64,000 bases of DNA from an uncultured virus (IMG/VR IMGVR_UViG_3300031227_016742) (IMGVR_UViG_3300031227_016742), one strand, 5' to 3'; counted from the first letter of the stretch, positions 9,059 through 17,857 are shown. A program made the numbers and translations. The notes: generated by a model not told the origin, from the sequence alone.

Positions 9059-9826
9059 TCATCGAGGAATAACGGTTGACCCAGAATCGCTGAACTTTCG
9101 GCTCCGGGCGAAGTCGAAAATCCTGCGCTGCTCCTCGATCTGACGTGCCTCGTGGGCCAGACCCCGGGCGTAGGAGCGCCAGTGGGACAGAGGAGCACAG
9201 ACCAGGTGCAGCCGGAAGCTGCTGCTCTGATGACCGTACACTCGAACCCGGGCCTCGACGGGGCATCCCGGGCGCACGATGCTCAGCCGAGACAAGCGGG
9301 GCTGATTCCTGTCGTTGTGATCATCGATAGGCGTGCCCTCGAGGTTCGTGCTCGGGAGCGCACATCCGCTCCAGTTCTCCAGGTCGTGCTCCCCGTCGTA
9401 GGGCAATAGGCTGCGTTGTCCGAGCACATTGAGCCGCTCGAGGGTCACCTTGCTGCGGACGACAACAGGCTCGTAGTAGATGGAGAGCAAGATGAAGCCA
9501 GAGACCGGCCTGATCCTGGAGACGAGCTCGACGATCCGCGGCGCTCCGTCTTCTCCGAGCGGCCCCTCTGGAATGTAGGCGATGTCGGAGTGCATAGATG
9601 GAGCTTTCTGCTGCAGCGGGACAGTGAACACCGTCATGGCTCGATCCAGATGCTCGAGCGCGTTCTCCATGGACAGCTTCTCACCGGGCTCGATGCCCAC
9701 GGAAGCCAGCCCGAGCCTCATCAGCTCTCGGCCGGCATGAGCACGCTTGTAGCCCTTTTTGTCCATGAAGGCCTCGAGGGCCTGGTCGAGATCTTCGTCG
9801 ATGCGTGAACGGAACTCTGGGGGCAT
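9059..9826 (-). CDS. Ribbon-helix-helix (CopG/Arc-like) N-terminal DNA-binding protein
   Basis: FRSRIDEDLDQALEAFMDKKGYKRAHAGRELMRLGL fits the RHH pattern; RBS AGGAGG. Confidence 0.7.
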   Translation of the reverse strand: MPPEFRSRIDEDLDQALEAFMDKKGYKRAHAGRELMRLGLASVGIEPGEKLSMENALEHLDRAMTVFTVPLQQKAPSMHSDIAYIPEGPLGEDGAPRIVELVSRIRPVSGFILLSIYYEPVVVRSKVTLERLNVLGQRSLLPYDGEHDLENWSGCALPSTNLEGTPIDDHNDRNQPRLSRLSIVRPGCPVEARVRVYGHQSSSFRLHLVCAPLSHWRSYARGLAHEARQIEEQRRIFDFARSRKFSDSGSTVIPR

Positions 9827-9846
9827 GAGCCCTCCTATGTGCTGGT

Positions 9847-9902
9847 GTGGACGTTTGTGTCCACTCTACACACAGCCGTGGACAGTGTCCACATTCGTCC
9901 AC
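9847..9902. promoter_or_regulatory. GTGGAC/GTCCAC half-site cluster, putative RHH operator
   Basis: Five half-sites (9847, 9859, 9878, 9887, 9897) directly upstream of the RHH gene. Confidence 0.6.
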
Positions 9903-9947
9903 AGATTGTCTGACCATTCTCATCAGGTAGTCGTAGCTTGACGCAAG

Positions 9948-9969
9948 TAGACTCACGGATGTAAGTCTA
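9948..9969. promoter_or_regulatory. Inverted repeat in divergent promoter region
   Basis: TAGACTCAC-GGAT-GTAAGTCTA, next to TTGACG at 9938-9943. Confidence 0.45.
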
Positions 9970-9972
9970 TCT

Positions 9973-11739
9973 TTGACGATTCTACTCATCCCGACAGGAG
10001 ACCCCATAAGACCGTACCATTTCGAAACCCACTACGTGCGCGACGCCAACTACGGCGCGATCATCTCCGCGGGCGGCGCACTGACCGTGACCCAGCGCCT
10101 GCACAGTGTGACGGAGGATGCCGGCGCGGTTGGCTACGACACCGTCGTCAGCATCCTCAAGAACTCGGCACAGGCTGGTGATCAGCTGGTGCTGGAGCGC
10201 TCTGGCGCCGCGGCCATGTCCCTCGAGATCCGCCCTGCGGACGGCAACGTCCGCACCGAGACCGGCCAGTCCGTCTGGCTGGACAACGCCAACGACGTGG
10301 TGGTGCTGGAGTGCACCATCGGCGGAAGCGGCAATGCCGCGGTCTGGACCGTCAAGGAACACACCTCCGTGGCCAAGGCGCCGTTCGCTGTGGAGATCAC
10401 CGGGGGCGTCATCGACGGCCGGCTGAAGGACTTCCTCGTCCTCGACGGCGAAGCCGGCGCGGCGGACGACCTGGACACCATCAGCAACGGCGTGGTCGGC
10501 ATGAAGCTCCTGCTGCGGCGTCAGGGTGGCGCTCCCGACCTCTACATCACCCACGGGCCCGTCTCCGGCGGAAACATCCGCACCCCCCATGGCCAGTTCC
10601 TGGGCCTGCTCAACGATGGCGACTGGGCCGAGCTGGTCTTCAACGGGGCGGTGTGGGTGGTCAAGGACTACGCCGTCATCAGTGAGACCTCCCGCGTCAT
10701 CGATCCGCTCCCGGCCGCCAACACCCTGTGGGGCTACCAGGCCCGGCTGCAAGAGGTGAACGTCGCCGGTGGTGGTCTCTTCATGGTCAACACCATCGTC
10801 GGAGTCGCCGTGGGCATGGATCTGTACATCCGCGTGGGGGGCACCACGCGGCTGCAGTTCGATCCCTCTGGCAACATCGCGCTGCCGTTGGATCAGAGCT
10901 TCCAGCTGCTCCACATCGGTGACGTGGCTCACTTCCAGTGCGCCGGTGCCTTCTGGACGCTGGTGAGTGTGCAGCGGCAGGGCATCGATCCGGTCGCCGA
11001 AGCCGTCGCTCCGGGCAACACCATCGACTACCAGGGCGGTGAGGACAAGCTCATCACCTCTGGCGGCGTCCACATCAACGTCATCACCGGAGACGCTTCG
11101 GGCGCGACGCTGACACTGTACTTCGCCGACGAGACCACCATCAACGCTGTCGGTGGCCCCGGTTCCATCGTCACTCCCGACGGTCAGAGTCTGATCTTCC
11201 AGGTGGGCGATACGTGCGCACTGACCTACTCCGACGCTAACGACGTGTGGCACGTGACCGCCTACAGCATCGCTCTGCCGTACCGGCCAGCCGGAGAGCC
11301 CTGCGCACCCATCGGGACCTGGATCGTCTTCCAGATGATAGAGCCCTTCCAGCTGACCACCCTCACCGGCACGCTGATCGCCGACATCCCCCTGTACTAC
11401 ATCCCCCTGCCAGCGGGGGCCGAGGTCGAGGACATCGTGGTCCAGAACCACACCCCGTGGGTCGGTGGGCCCACCACGGCCACTCAGACCCTGTCCACCT
11501 TCAACTGCGCTGTCGGGACCACTGCCAGCACCAACGGCGTGCGTCAGAACGTGGACCTGGTACCGGCCCCCGGCCGACTGTACGGCGTCAGGGGCAATGG
11601 CATCGACTTCTCCGGTGGAGCGGCTGTCCCCAGCGCTCACCTGGTGATGGCTGGCGGTGTCGGCCTCACGGGCTTCGATCAGCTGACCGCCGGTCGTACG
11701 GACTTCTACGTCCTGTACAAGATCCTCCCGATCCTGTAG
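9973..11739 (+). CDS. Putative virion structural/tail-associated protein with repeated beta modules
   Basis: Gly/Val/Thr-rich; DGEAGAADDLDTISNG motif; about five modules ending in D...L......W.V; start is TTG 9973 or ATA 10006 after AGGAG. Confidence 0.7.
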   Translation: MTILLIPTGDPIRPYHFETHYVRDANYGAIISAGGALTVTQRLHSVTEDAGAVGYDTVVSILKNSAQAGDQLVLERSGAAAMSLEIRPADGNVRTETGQSVWLDNANDVVVLECTIGGSGNAAVWTVKEHTSVAKAPFAVEITGGVIDGRLKDFLVLDGEAGAADDLDTISNGVVGMKLLLRRQGGAPDLYITHGPVSGGNIRTPHGQFLGLLNDGDWAELVFNGAVWVVKDYAVISETSRVIDPLPAANTLWGYQARLQEVNVAGGGLFMVNTIVGVAVGMDLYIRVGGTTRLQFDPSGNIALPLDQSFQLLHIGDVAHFQCAGAFWTLVSVQRQGIDPVAEAVAPGNTIDYQGGEDKLITSGGVHINVITGDASGATLTLYFADETTINAVGGPGSIVTPDGQSLIFQVGDTCALTYSDANDVWHVTAYSIALPYRPAGEPCAPIGTWIVFQMIEPFQLTTLTGTLIADIPLYYIPLPAGAEVEDIVVQNHTPWVGGPTTATQTLSTFNCAVGTTASTNGVRQNVDLVPAPGRLYGVRGNGIDFSGGAAVPSAHLVMAGGVGLTGFDQLTAGRTDFYVLYKILPIL

Positions 11740-11766
11740 CGTCACCCGGCTCGAGTGACGCGGTAG

Positions 11767-12723
11767 TCATGAACCTCCGCGTTGCTCGATGCGCTGCCGC
11801 ATCATCGACAGGGCGTCCTGCACCGTGAAGTGGTTCGTCCTGTCGATGCTCGCTTCGGGCTGATCGAAGAAGAAAGGTGCGGGAGGGGCCTCGTCCGAGA
11901 AGCTCTGATCGTAACGATCGATCACCAGCCTGTCCCGCTCTGCGACCCAGCCGCGGCTCTCGTCGTCGTAGTAGTCCTCGTACGTCCCACTGTAGTGCCT
12001 GGAGCTCGGTGACCGGCTCTCTTTGGCGGCACCGGCCCTGTTGACGTTGCGCTGCTTGGCCTCGGCCACGATGCGCAGCTGATCCTCGGTGAGCTCGAAT
12101 CCAGCCCCCCGCATGATAGCTGGCAGATCACGCTGGATGCAGCGATGGTCCATGATGGCGCGCTGGGCTACCAGCTCGTCGTGGCTGGACAGCAGCTCGT
12201 CGAGCGTCATCCCCATGCAGGTCCCGAGCGGATCCCTGGCGTAGATCCATAGATACCAGAAACTGTAGAACCCGATGCCGGGCTGCCGCATGTATCTCAG
12301 GAGAGGTATCTTGCGATCGAGGTCTCCGATGAAGACCATGGGCTCATCGAGCTTGTCCAGGCCGTGTTCTTCTGGGTAGAGCATCCTGGCCAGAGACGCC
12401 TTGAAGTCCGGCTCTCCGCTGCTGTCCAGGGCGATGAACGGCTTCATCATGTTTCCGATCTCGCCCTTCTCCGTGATGAAGTAGTGGAACCAGCTTGGAT
12501 ACCACCCCCAGGCGTTGCGCACGGTCCCGGCGATGTACCTGCCACGGAGCTTCTCTGGAAGCATGTGCCAGCCACCGTGCATGGGGAGCGTACGCCCGAC
12601 GATCGGTAGAGCGGTCTTGGCGGAGATGAACCCGCCCACCTCCATTTCCGACATCAGCCTCATCAGCGAGGTGGTGGAACACTTCGGGAGGCGGGGGACG
12701 ATGATGTCGTGGCCGATGAGCAT
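11767..12723 (-). CDS. Sulfotransferase-like protein
   Basis: PKCSTTS (5'-PSB-like), VRNAW.W..S (3'-PB-like), YEDYYD...V...D..I..Y tail. Confidence 0.7.
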   Translation of the reverse strand: MLIGHDIIVPRLPKCSTTSLMRLMSEMEVGGFISAKTALPIVGRTLPMHGGWHMLPEKLRGRYIAGTVRNAWGWYPSWFHYFITEKGEIGNMMKPFIALDSSGEPDFKASLARMLYPEEHGLDKLDEPMVFIGDLDRKIPLLRYMRQPGIGFYSFWYLWIYARDPLGTCMGMTLDELLSSHDELVAQRAIMDHRCIQRDLPAIMRGAGFELTEDQLRIVAEAKQRNVNRAGAAKESRSPSSRHYSGTYEDYYDDESRGWVAERDRLVIDRYDQSFSDEAPPAPFFFDQPEASIDRTNHFTVQDALSMMRQRIEQRGGS

Positions 12724-12731
12724 GGTCCTTC

Positions 12732-13157
12732 CTATTTGCTACACACTCTCACCAGATAGCCATGACCCGTTGCCTTGCCTGTGAGGCCTCCCCCTTCGGG
12801 GTGCGGGTCGTGGACCACACGACCGTTGACGGCCACGACCATGTGCTCGAAGACGCCGTCCGGGCTCCTGGGGCTCGGTCCAGACATCAGGCGGTGCACC
12901 TCGCCGAACAGTGACAGCACCTGGCCAGCTCCATGCACGCTCTGCAGGTCGACCCACACCATCGTCAGGCCGTACTGTCTCCTGAGCCATGGATCGAGCA
13001 CCTCGATGGGGTTCTTGCCGATCTTCCCTACCTCACGTCCACATTCGGTCTTCAGGTTCGGGACGTCCGACAGATCGCAGCCCAACAGTGTAGCGACACA
13101 GGACTCGGTGCAGTCCCCGTCAGGCCAGCCGAACAGGGTCTGCATGGTGGGCCTCAT
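12732..13157 (-). CDS. Papain/C39-like fold phage protein
   Basis: Q...GDC..SC.A; HMVV; HDP motifs (Cys-His-Asp). Confidence 0.6.
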   Translation of the reverse strand: MRPTMQTLFGWPDGDCTESCVATLLGCDLSDVPNLKTECGREVGKIGKNPIEVLDPWLRRQYGLTMVWVDLQSVHGAGQVLSLFGEVHRLMSGPSPRSPDGVFEHMVVAVNGRVVHDPHPEGGGLTGKATGHGYLVRVCSK

Positions 13158-13375
13158 CGACCGACCCCTGTCGAACCGGCCCCGACGCTGACCATGGCCA
13201 GCTCGGTGGCCCTCTCCATGCAGGTCTTCTCTTCGCAGCAGCGCACACAGGCTGTGAGATGATCACGGCTCGCGACGGCCTCGATGATGGCGCTGTTCTG
13301 ACAGTCATGGTCCGCTGAGCGGTTGATACAGTCTCGCCTCTGCCAAGAAGACAGCCTTCGGAACTCGATCTCCAC
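13154..13375 (-). CDS. Small Cys-rich hypothetical protein
   Basis: 73 aa, RBS GGAGGAG, GTG start. Confidence 0.65.
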   Translation of the reverse strand: MEIEFRRLSSWQRRDCINRSADHDCQNSAIIEAVASRDHLTACVRCCEEKTCMERATELAMVSVGAGSTGVGR

Positions 13376-13392
13376 GCGCTCCTCCCGGACCG

Positions 13393-13800
13393 TCAGTCCA
13401 GCGGGTCTTGTCCCTTAACCAGCATCTTCAGCTGAGCTCGCAGGCTGTCCTTGACTGCCTGGGTCAGTTCACCCTTCTTGACCACCATGCGGATCGAAGG
13501 TGCGAAGGCTATCTTGTTCAGCAAAAACTCGGTCTCAGCGTCGACACCGAGGAACAGGGCGGTGTCGTTCTCGAACACGCCACCCTGCACTTCGTAGACC
13601 GGGATGACCAGCCGGCCACCTCCGCCTTTGGGGTTCTTGCGGGACTGGATGTCGGTGGCCTGCAGCGGAAGCACCGTGTAATCGTCCGGGTCCAGACCCC
13701 CCATACGGAGAGACTCGACCTCATGGGGATCGAGCAGGTTCGAGATGTCCAGCGCCGGGTCGGCACCGTCGAGAAGATCCAGGACCGTAGGTGGGCTCAT
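13393..13800 (-). CDS. Hypothetical protein
   Basis: 135 aa from MSPPTVL, RBS GAGGA, ATGA overlap. Confidence 0.7.
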   Translation of the reverse strand: MSPPTVLDLLDGADPALDISNLLDPHEVESLRMGGLDPDDYTVLPLQATDIQSRKNPKGGGGRLVIPVYEVQGGVFENDTALFLGVDAETEFLLNKIAFAPSIRMVVKKGELTQAVKDSLRAQLKMLVKGQDPLD

Positions 13801-14003
13801 GTGCGTTCCTCGGTGGGTGGACCGGCTGCGTTGGCCCACAGGGCCTGCGTCTGCTCGCTCACCGACAGCTGGTCGATGCTGCGTGAGAGCCCTTCCATCA
13901 GGTGTCTTGCCTGTGGCGTCTCCGCCCATCGCTCGATGGACTCCAGCTGCTCGTCACTGAGCTCTGTTGGGGGCTCTTCGATGCGGTGACGAGGATGGAT
14001 CAC
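13797..14003 (-). CDS. Hypothetical protein
   Basis: 68 aa, RBS AGGA. Confidence 0.6.
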   Translation of the reverse strand: MIHPRHRIEEPPTELSDEQLESIERWAETPQARHLMEGLSRSIDQLSVSEQTQALWANAAGPPTEERT

Positions 14004-14115
14004 GAGGGATTCCTGACGGAAGAAACCCCAGGGCGCGGGCAGAGGGGGAGGGCACCCGGCCCTGGGGCCGGACGGTGATTCCCTGCAAGGGGAGCCGTCC
14101 TTGGTTCTTCTGAAA

Positions 14116-14192
14116 TGGTAGCGGGGGCGGGACTCGAACCCGCGACCTCGAGGTTATGAGCCTCGCAAGCTGCCAAACTGCTCTACCCCGCA
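14116..14192 (-). tRNA. tRNA-Met(CAT), initiator type
   Basis: Full cloverleaf, anticodon loop CT-CAT-AA, GGTTCGAGTCC T-arm, encoded CCA; U1:U72 mismatch and A11:U24 (initiator traits); anticodon stem A29G30G31:C39C40U41. Confidence 0.95.
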
Positions 14193-14202
14193 GCACTTGG
14201 TG

Positions 14203-14231
14203 AGTGTAACTCCCGCTCCTGACGGTAGCAA
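14203..14231 (-). promoter_or_regulatory. tRNA promoter TTGCTA-17-TACACT with operator (14214-14230)
   Basis: CGCTCC-TGACG-GTAGCA. Confidence 0.75.
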
Positions 14232-14251
14232 GCACTCGTCGTTTCTTTTCG

Positions 14252-14527
14252 TCAGTCCGCGTAGACGACCCAGTACTCGAAGCCGTCGCCCTTCACGGTC
14301 TTGACGACGTCGCAAGCGGTCTCGTCCTCCATCTCCTTCATGTCCCTTGCGTTCTCGGCGCTCTGGATGTTCGGGAACGGACCGTAGGACGGCTGATCCG
14401 GTGCGTCGACGATGTCGGTCTCCGCGTCGAGCTGCTCCCAGACATCAGGCACACCGGGACGCTGCCTGTTTTCCGCCACCAGGGCTACGGCGATGGAGGT
14501 GAGCGCGATGAATACTTCGATGGGCAT
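14252..14527 (-). CDS. Small protein with hydrophobic MPIEVFIALTS leader
   Basis: 91 aa, RBS CAGGAG; paralogue at 17464..17814. Confidence 0.75.
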   Translation of the reverse strand: MPIEVFIALTSIAVALVAENRQRPGVPDVWEQLDAETDIVDAPDQPSYGPFPNIQSAENARDMKEMEDETACDVVKTVKGDGFEYWVVYAD

Positions 14528-14595
14528 GATGGGCTCCTGTCTCGAGCTTCATCGTACCTCGTCTCACGTACCTCGTCACATCGAACTGAGTCCTC

Positions 14596-14681
14596 GACCT
14601 TCGGTCCGCCATTGCTGCACAACGCGCTCGAGAGCGGTAAGCGGTAAGCGGTGAGCGGTAATCGAGCCGGCTAAAGGCTCG
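14596..14681 (+). repeat. Heptamer/hairpin element (GCGGTRA x4)
   Basis: GACC-TTC-GGTC; tract 14634-14661; CGAGCC...GGCTCG hairpin abutting stop 14682. Confidence 0.85.
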
Positions 14682-15659
14682 TCAGTGCCGATCCCCTGAA
14701 CTGACGTCTACCGTGCCGTCCTCACCGCTCACCGAGACCTCTGTGCCCTCTGGGTACAGCTTCACAGCACCTCTCACTCGCACCAGCAGCAGGTCCACCT
14801 CACGGCCGACAATGGACAGGTGACTCAAGGGACCTCCCCGCTCGGTGATGACCGCACCCTTGGTCTTCGCCGCGGTCAGCGCAGCGATGGTGTAGTCCGG
14901 ACCGGCAAATGGGATCACCACGATACAGCCATCAGGGACGTCCTCACCTGGTCCCGGGTGTACGACCTTGCCCCAGGCGTAGCCGTCACCGCCGGACAGC
15001 ACCGTCGCCTCGAAGCCTAGCAGATCTCGCTGCATCCTGCCCGAAGCGGTGATCTGGGCATCCCGCAGGGTCTTCTTCCTGTTCCGGTCCTCGTGCCCAT
15101 CGAAGAAGGGCATACCCGATCCCACCATGAAGTCGGTGTGGTAGGGATCGTCCAGCATCATCTTCATGCCTGACGGGCAGACGGTGCGCCACTTGGGCAT
15201 CAGGTGGTGCCCATGGGTGCGGTGCAGCGACCAGCAAGCGAAGGGCGCCATGGGCACCTCGTAGGTCACACGCTCGTCCCGGGACGGGCAGACGGTCTCC
15301 TCGACCTCCCAGTTGCGGAGACCGTCATCCTCGCTTTCACCGCCGCCGAACGCTTCACCACAGTGCTTGCAGCGCATGGGTACGCCACTGCCGTAGCTGG
15401 TCCATCCGTTTTCGTCGGGGATGCCCTCGAGCTCGTGCACGCCGTAGTCCACGACCAGCTCGAAGAACCCATGGTCCCCCGCCTCGGCCTGGGCGACGAT
15501 GTGCTCACGGTAGCGGGCCAGTTGTGTTTCCTCTCGGACACAGTCCGGACAGCGACCCTGATCGTCCTTGCACTCGGCGCACATGGCGGCACGGCACCAG
15601 GAACAGTCTTCGAAGTCGTTGTTCTTCTTGCAGAATGGACAGGTATCGTGATTGCTCAT
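14682..15659 (-). CDS. Zn-finger protein with C-terminal PEP-utilising enzyme mobile (His swivel) domain
   Basis: Multiple CxxC; AVITERGGPLSHLSIVGRE...G..V.V.GEDG. Confidence 0.8.
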   Translation of the reverse strand: MSNHDTCPFCKKNNDFEDCSWCRAAMCAECKDDQGRCPDCVREETQLARYREHIVAQAEAGDHGFFELVVDYGVHELEGIPDENGWTSYGSGVPMRCKHCGEAFGGGESEDDGLRNWEVEETVCPSRDERVTYEVPMAPFACWSLHRTHGHHLMPKWRTVCPSGMKMMLDDPYHTDFMVGSGMPFFDGHEDRNRKKTLRDAQITASGRMQRDLLGFEATVLSGGDGYAWGKVVHPGPGEDVPDGCIVVIPFAGPDYTIAALTAAKTKGAVITERGGPLSHLSIVGREVDLLLVRVRGAVKLYPEGTEVSVSGEDGTVDVSSGDRH

Positions 15660-16180
15660 GGCTCGATCCTCACGACGATCTCGCCCTCACGGCCAGCGGG
15701 GCCGGGAATCTGGATGGTCTCGAACAGGGTGTTTGGCAGATCGCGAGAGAGGTTCTTGGGCAGCCCGACGTACAAGACCTCGGCGCTGCCTTCACGGGCC
15801 TCGAGCATGGCCTCCACCCAGCCGGAGTGGTCGGGCCTGGCCACGATGACCAGGGCGCCGCTTTCGTCCAGCAGGGGGTGTCCCACCGCGCTGTCTGCCA
15901 TGATGCAGCGCGGCACGTCGAAGGTTCGGACGAGGTTCTCGTACCGGCCCACACGGGGCATGATCTCGATGCCCATCAGCATGGCCTTTCCGGCGCTCGC
16001 CAGGCGATGCAACAGCCAGCCCTCGCCAGGGCCGAGCTCGATGATAAGCCGACCGTCGGCGTAGGCGATGAGCCAATCGATGAACGCGTCGGTGGGATCG
16101 AAGAAGATGGCACCACCGGCGGGCCGGGGATCGAGCATGGCGAGTAGATCGCGTTGAAGATCGAAGAGTGAAGCGTGCAT
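15656..16180 (-). CDS. SAM-dependent methyltransferase-like protein
   Basis: IIELGPGEG motif I and MGIEI motif; RBS CAGGAG. Confidence 0.65.
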   Translation of the reverse strand: MHASLFDLQRDLLAMLDPRPAGGAIFFDPTDAFIDWLIAYADGRLIIELGPGEGWLLHRLASAGKAMLMGIEIMPRVGRYENLVRTFDVPRCIMADSAVGHPLLDESGALVIVARPDHSGWVEAMLEAREGSAEVLYVGLPKNLSRDLPNTLFETIQIPGPAGREGEIVVRIEP

Positions 16181-16204
16181 GGTCGGCTCCTGTATGGTGT
16201 AGAA

Positions 16205-16233
16205 GACATAACACCTGCCACCAGTAGTAGCAA
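16205..16233 (-). promoter_or_regulatory. Promoter TTGCTA-17-TATGTC with operator (16216-16232)
   Basis: TGCCAC-CAGTA-GTAGCA. Confidence 0.75.
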
Positions 16234-16236
16234 CAC

Positions 16237-16307
16237 CCTTCGGACCGATAGTGCAGAGAGCGGTAAGCGGTGAGCGGTAATCGGTAAGCGGCGAGCCGAA
16301 GGCTCGC
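16237..16307 (+). repeat. Heptamer/hairpin element (GCGGTRA x4)
   Basis: Tract 16260-16287 then GCGAGCC-GAA-GGCTCGC touching stop 16307. Confidence 0.9.
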
Positions 16308-16732
16308 TACCGCAGGCCCAGCAGGCGCTCGAGGTCGAAGCCTCCCATAGACAGCATGTGCAGGACCTCCGCCCGGGCCCGGCCCATGTGGACGCTCATC
16401 AGGTCGGCGGTGGTCCCGCTCGAACGCTCGAGGGAGGCCATCGTGACCAGGTTTCCGGTCAGGTAGCTGGTGACAAGACGCGTCAGGGTCTCGTCATTGT
16501 CGCCTTCGCCACGGCCACGATCGATGATTCCGATGACCCGCGCTGCGGTCGCCCGCTGTGCGACAGCCTCGAAGACACCGTCGCTGCGCTCCATCGCGTA
16601 GACGACCATCTCCGGTGACCCGGTGAACACCTCGGTGTGTTTGGAGATGGCCCCTGCAGCCTTCTCGCTCGACAGCGTCAGCTGCTCGCGGACACCGTCG
16701 AGGAGCGCGGTGTAGGGGTCGATGGTGGTCAT
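16307..16732 (-). CDS. Hypothetical protein
   Basis: 141 aa from MTTIDP, RBS GGAG, ATGA overlap. Confidence 0.75.
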   Translation of the reverse strand: MTTIDPYTALLDGVREQLTLSSEKAAGAISKHTEVFTGSPEMVVYAMERSDGVFEAVAQRATAARVIGIIDRGRGEGDNDETLTRLVTSYLTGNLVTMASLERSSGTTADLMSVHMGRARAEVLHMLSMGGFDLERLLGLR

Positions 16733-17031
16733 TTCTTCTCCGGTCCTTGGCGCCATGCCAGGTACCGTTCGGGGGCGAGTTCCTGAAACGCTTTGGTGCT
16801 CATGCAGCGGATGCAGTCCACACTTTCTGGGGTACCGAGACCGGAGTACGCACCAGGGCTACAGCCACAGGCAGTGCTGATGTACCTTCCGCTCGAGTCT
16901 TCGGACGGCCCACCCGGTCTCGGGAGATGGAAAAAGTTGATAGATTCCCGAAAAGCAGCGCCGCACGCAGGGCACGGGTAGTAGAACTCGGCCTGATGGC
17001 CACAATGATGGCAACAGAAGGTTGGGGGCAT
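16729..17031 (-). CDS. Cys-rich Zn-binding hypothetical protein
   Basis: 100 aa from MPPTFCCHHCG; several CxxC. Confidence 0.65.
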   Translation of the reverse strand: MPPTFCCHHCGHQAEFYYPCPACGAAFRESINFFHLPRPGGPSEDSSGRYISTACGCSPGAYSGLGTPESVDCIRCMSTKAFQELAPERYLAWRQGPEKK

Positions 17032-17035
17032 TGCG

Positions 17036-17284
17036 CTATGCCTCGACGTAGACGCAGCGAGCTGGCGGCGACCAGGGCGTCGGGAAACCCTTCCAGCCGT
17101 CGTCTTCGTTAGCGGCCAGATGATCGAGGCGACGCTGACCCTCGGCGATGTCCGGGGCGATCCCCAGCCCGTAGCACTTGGCGCGATAGTTTCCGCCCAC
17201 ACGGGGGACGACGGTCCAGCCAGCGCCCCACCTGTAGGGGATGAGCTTTCCGGTCTCGAGCTCGCGGGTCTTGCGCTTGTCCAT
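17036..17284 (-). CDS. Hypothetical protein
   Basis: 82 aa from MDKRKT, RBS CAGGAGG. Confidence 0.7.
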   Translation of the reverse strand: MDKRKTRELETGKLIPYRWGAGWTVVPRVGGNYRAKCYGLGIAPDIAEGQRRLDHLAANEDDGWKGFPTPWSPPARCVYVEA

Positions 17285-17308
17285 GACGGCCTCCTGCCTG
17301 ACGTAGAA

Positions 17309-17337
17309 GACATAACACCTGCTACCAGTAGTGGCAA
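17309..17337 (-). promoter_or_regulatory. Promoter TTGCCA-17-TATGTC with operator (17320-17336)
   Basis: TGCTAC-CAGTA-GTGGCA; near-identical to the copy at 16205. Confidence 0.75.
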
Positions 17338-17463
17338 GCCGTGTGCAGAAAACGAGCCGTATCATCATCCCCCTGGACACGATCCTCGCGATCAGTCCGC
17401 GTAGGTGACCCAGTAGTCGAAGCCGTCGGACTTGCGGGTCTTGACCACGACGCGGGCGGTTTC

Positions 17464-17814
17464 TTAGTAAACCGCCTCGAAGCCCAGCTTTTCGAGATCT
17501 TCTTCTGTGGCGATATCATCTTCCATGAAGGGCCACGGGATCTGGGCCCCATGAACCTCATTGTCGTCATCGATCCAGGTGAGCTCCCAGTCTTCTTGAC
17601 ACCCGGGCCTTGTCGGGTGGCTGTTGGGGCTCCGATACATAAATGGAACGAGCCCATCCACAGGGGCCTCTGGCATCACCCAGTCCTCGCGAAGACGAGG
17701 AACCTCATGACCCGGACCGTCATTGGTGAACGGACGGACCTTGTCGGACTCACGCTTGTCAGCTATCAGGCCAGCGGCGAGGGAGGTCAAGGCGATGAAG
17801 ACTTCGATGGGCAT
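17464..17814 (-). CDS. MPIEVFIALTS-leader protein, second copy
   Basis: Same first 11 aa and RBS as 14252..14527; in-frame homologous tail after the TAA down to 17392. Confidence 0.75.
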   Translation of the reverse strand: MPIEVFIALTSLAAGLIADKRESDKVRPFTNDGPGHEVPRLREDWVMPEAPVDGLVPFMYRSPNSHPTRPGCQEDWELTWIDDDNEVHGAQIPWPFMEDDIATEEDLEKLGFEAVY

Positions 17815-17857
17815 GACGGGCTCCTGTCAGTGCCATCATCCTACTTCACGCCGGCCA

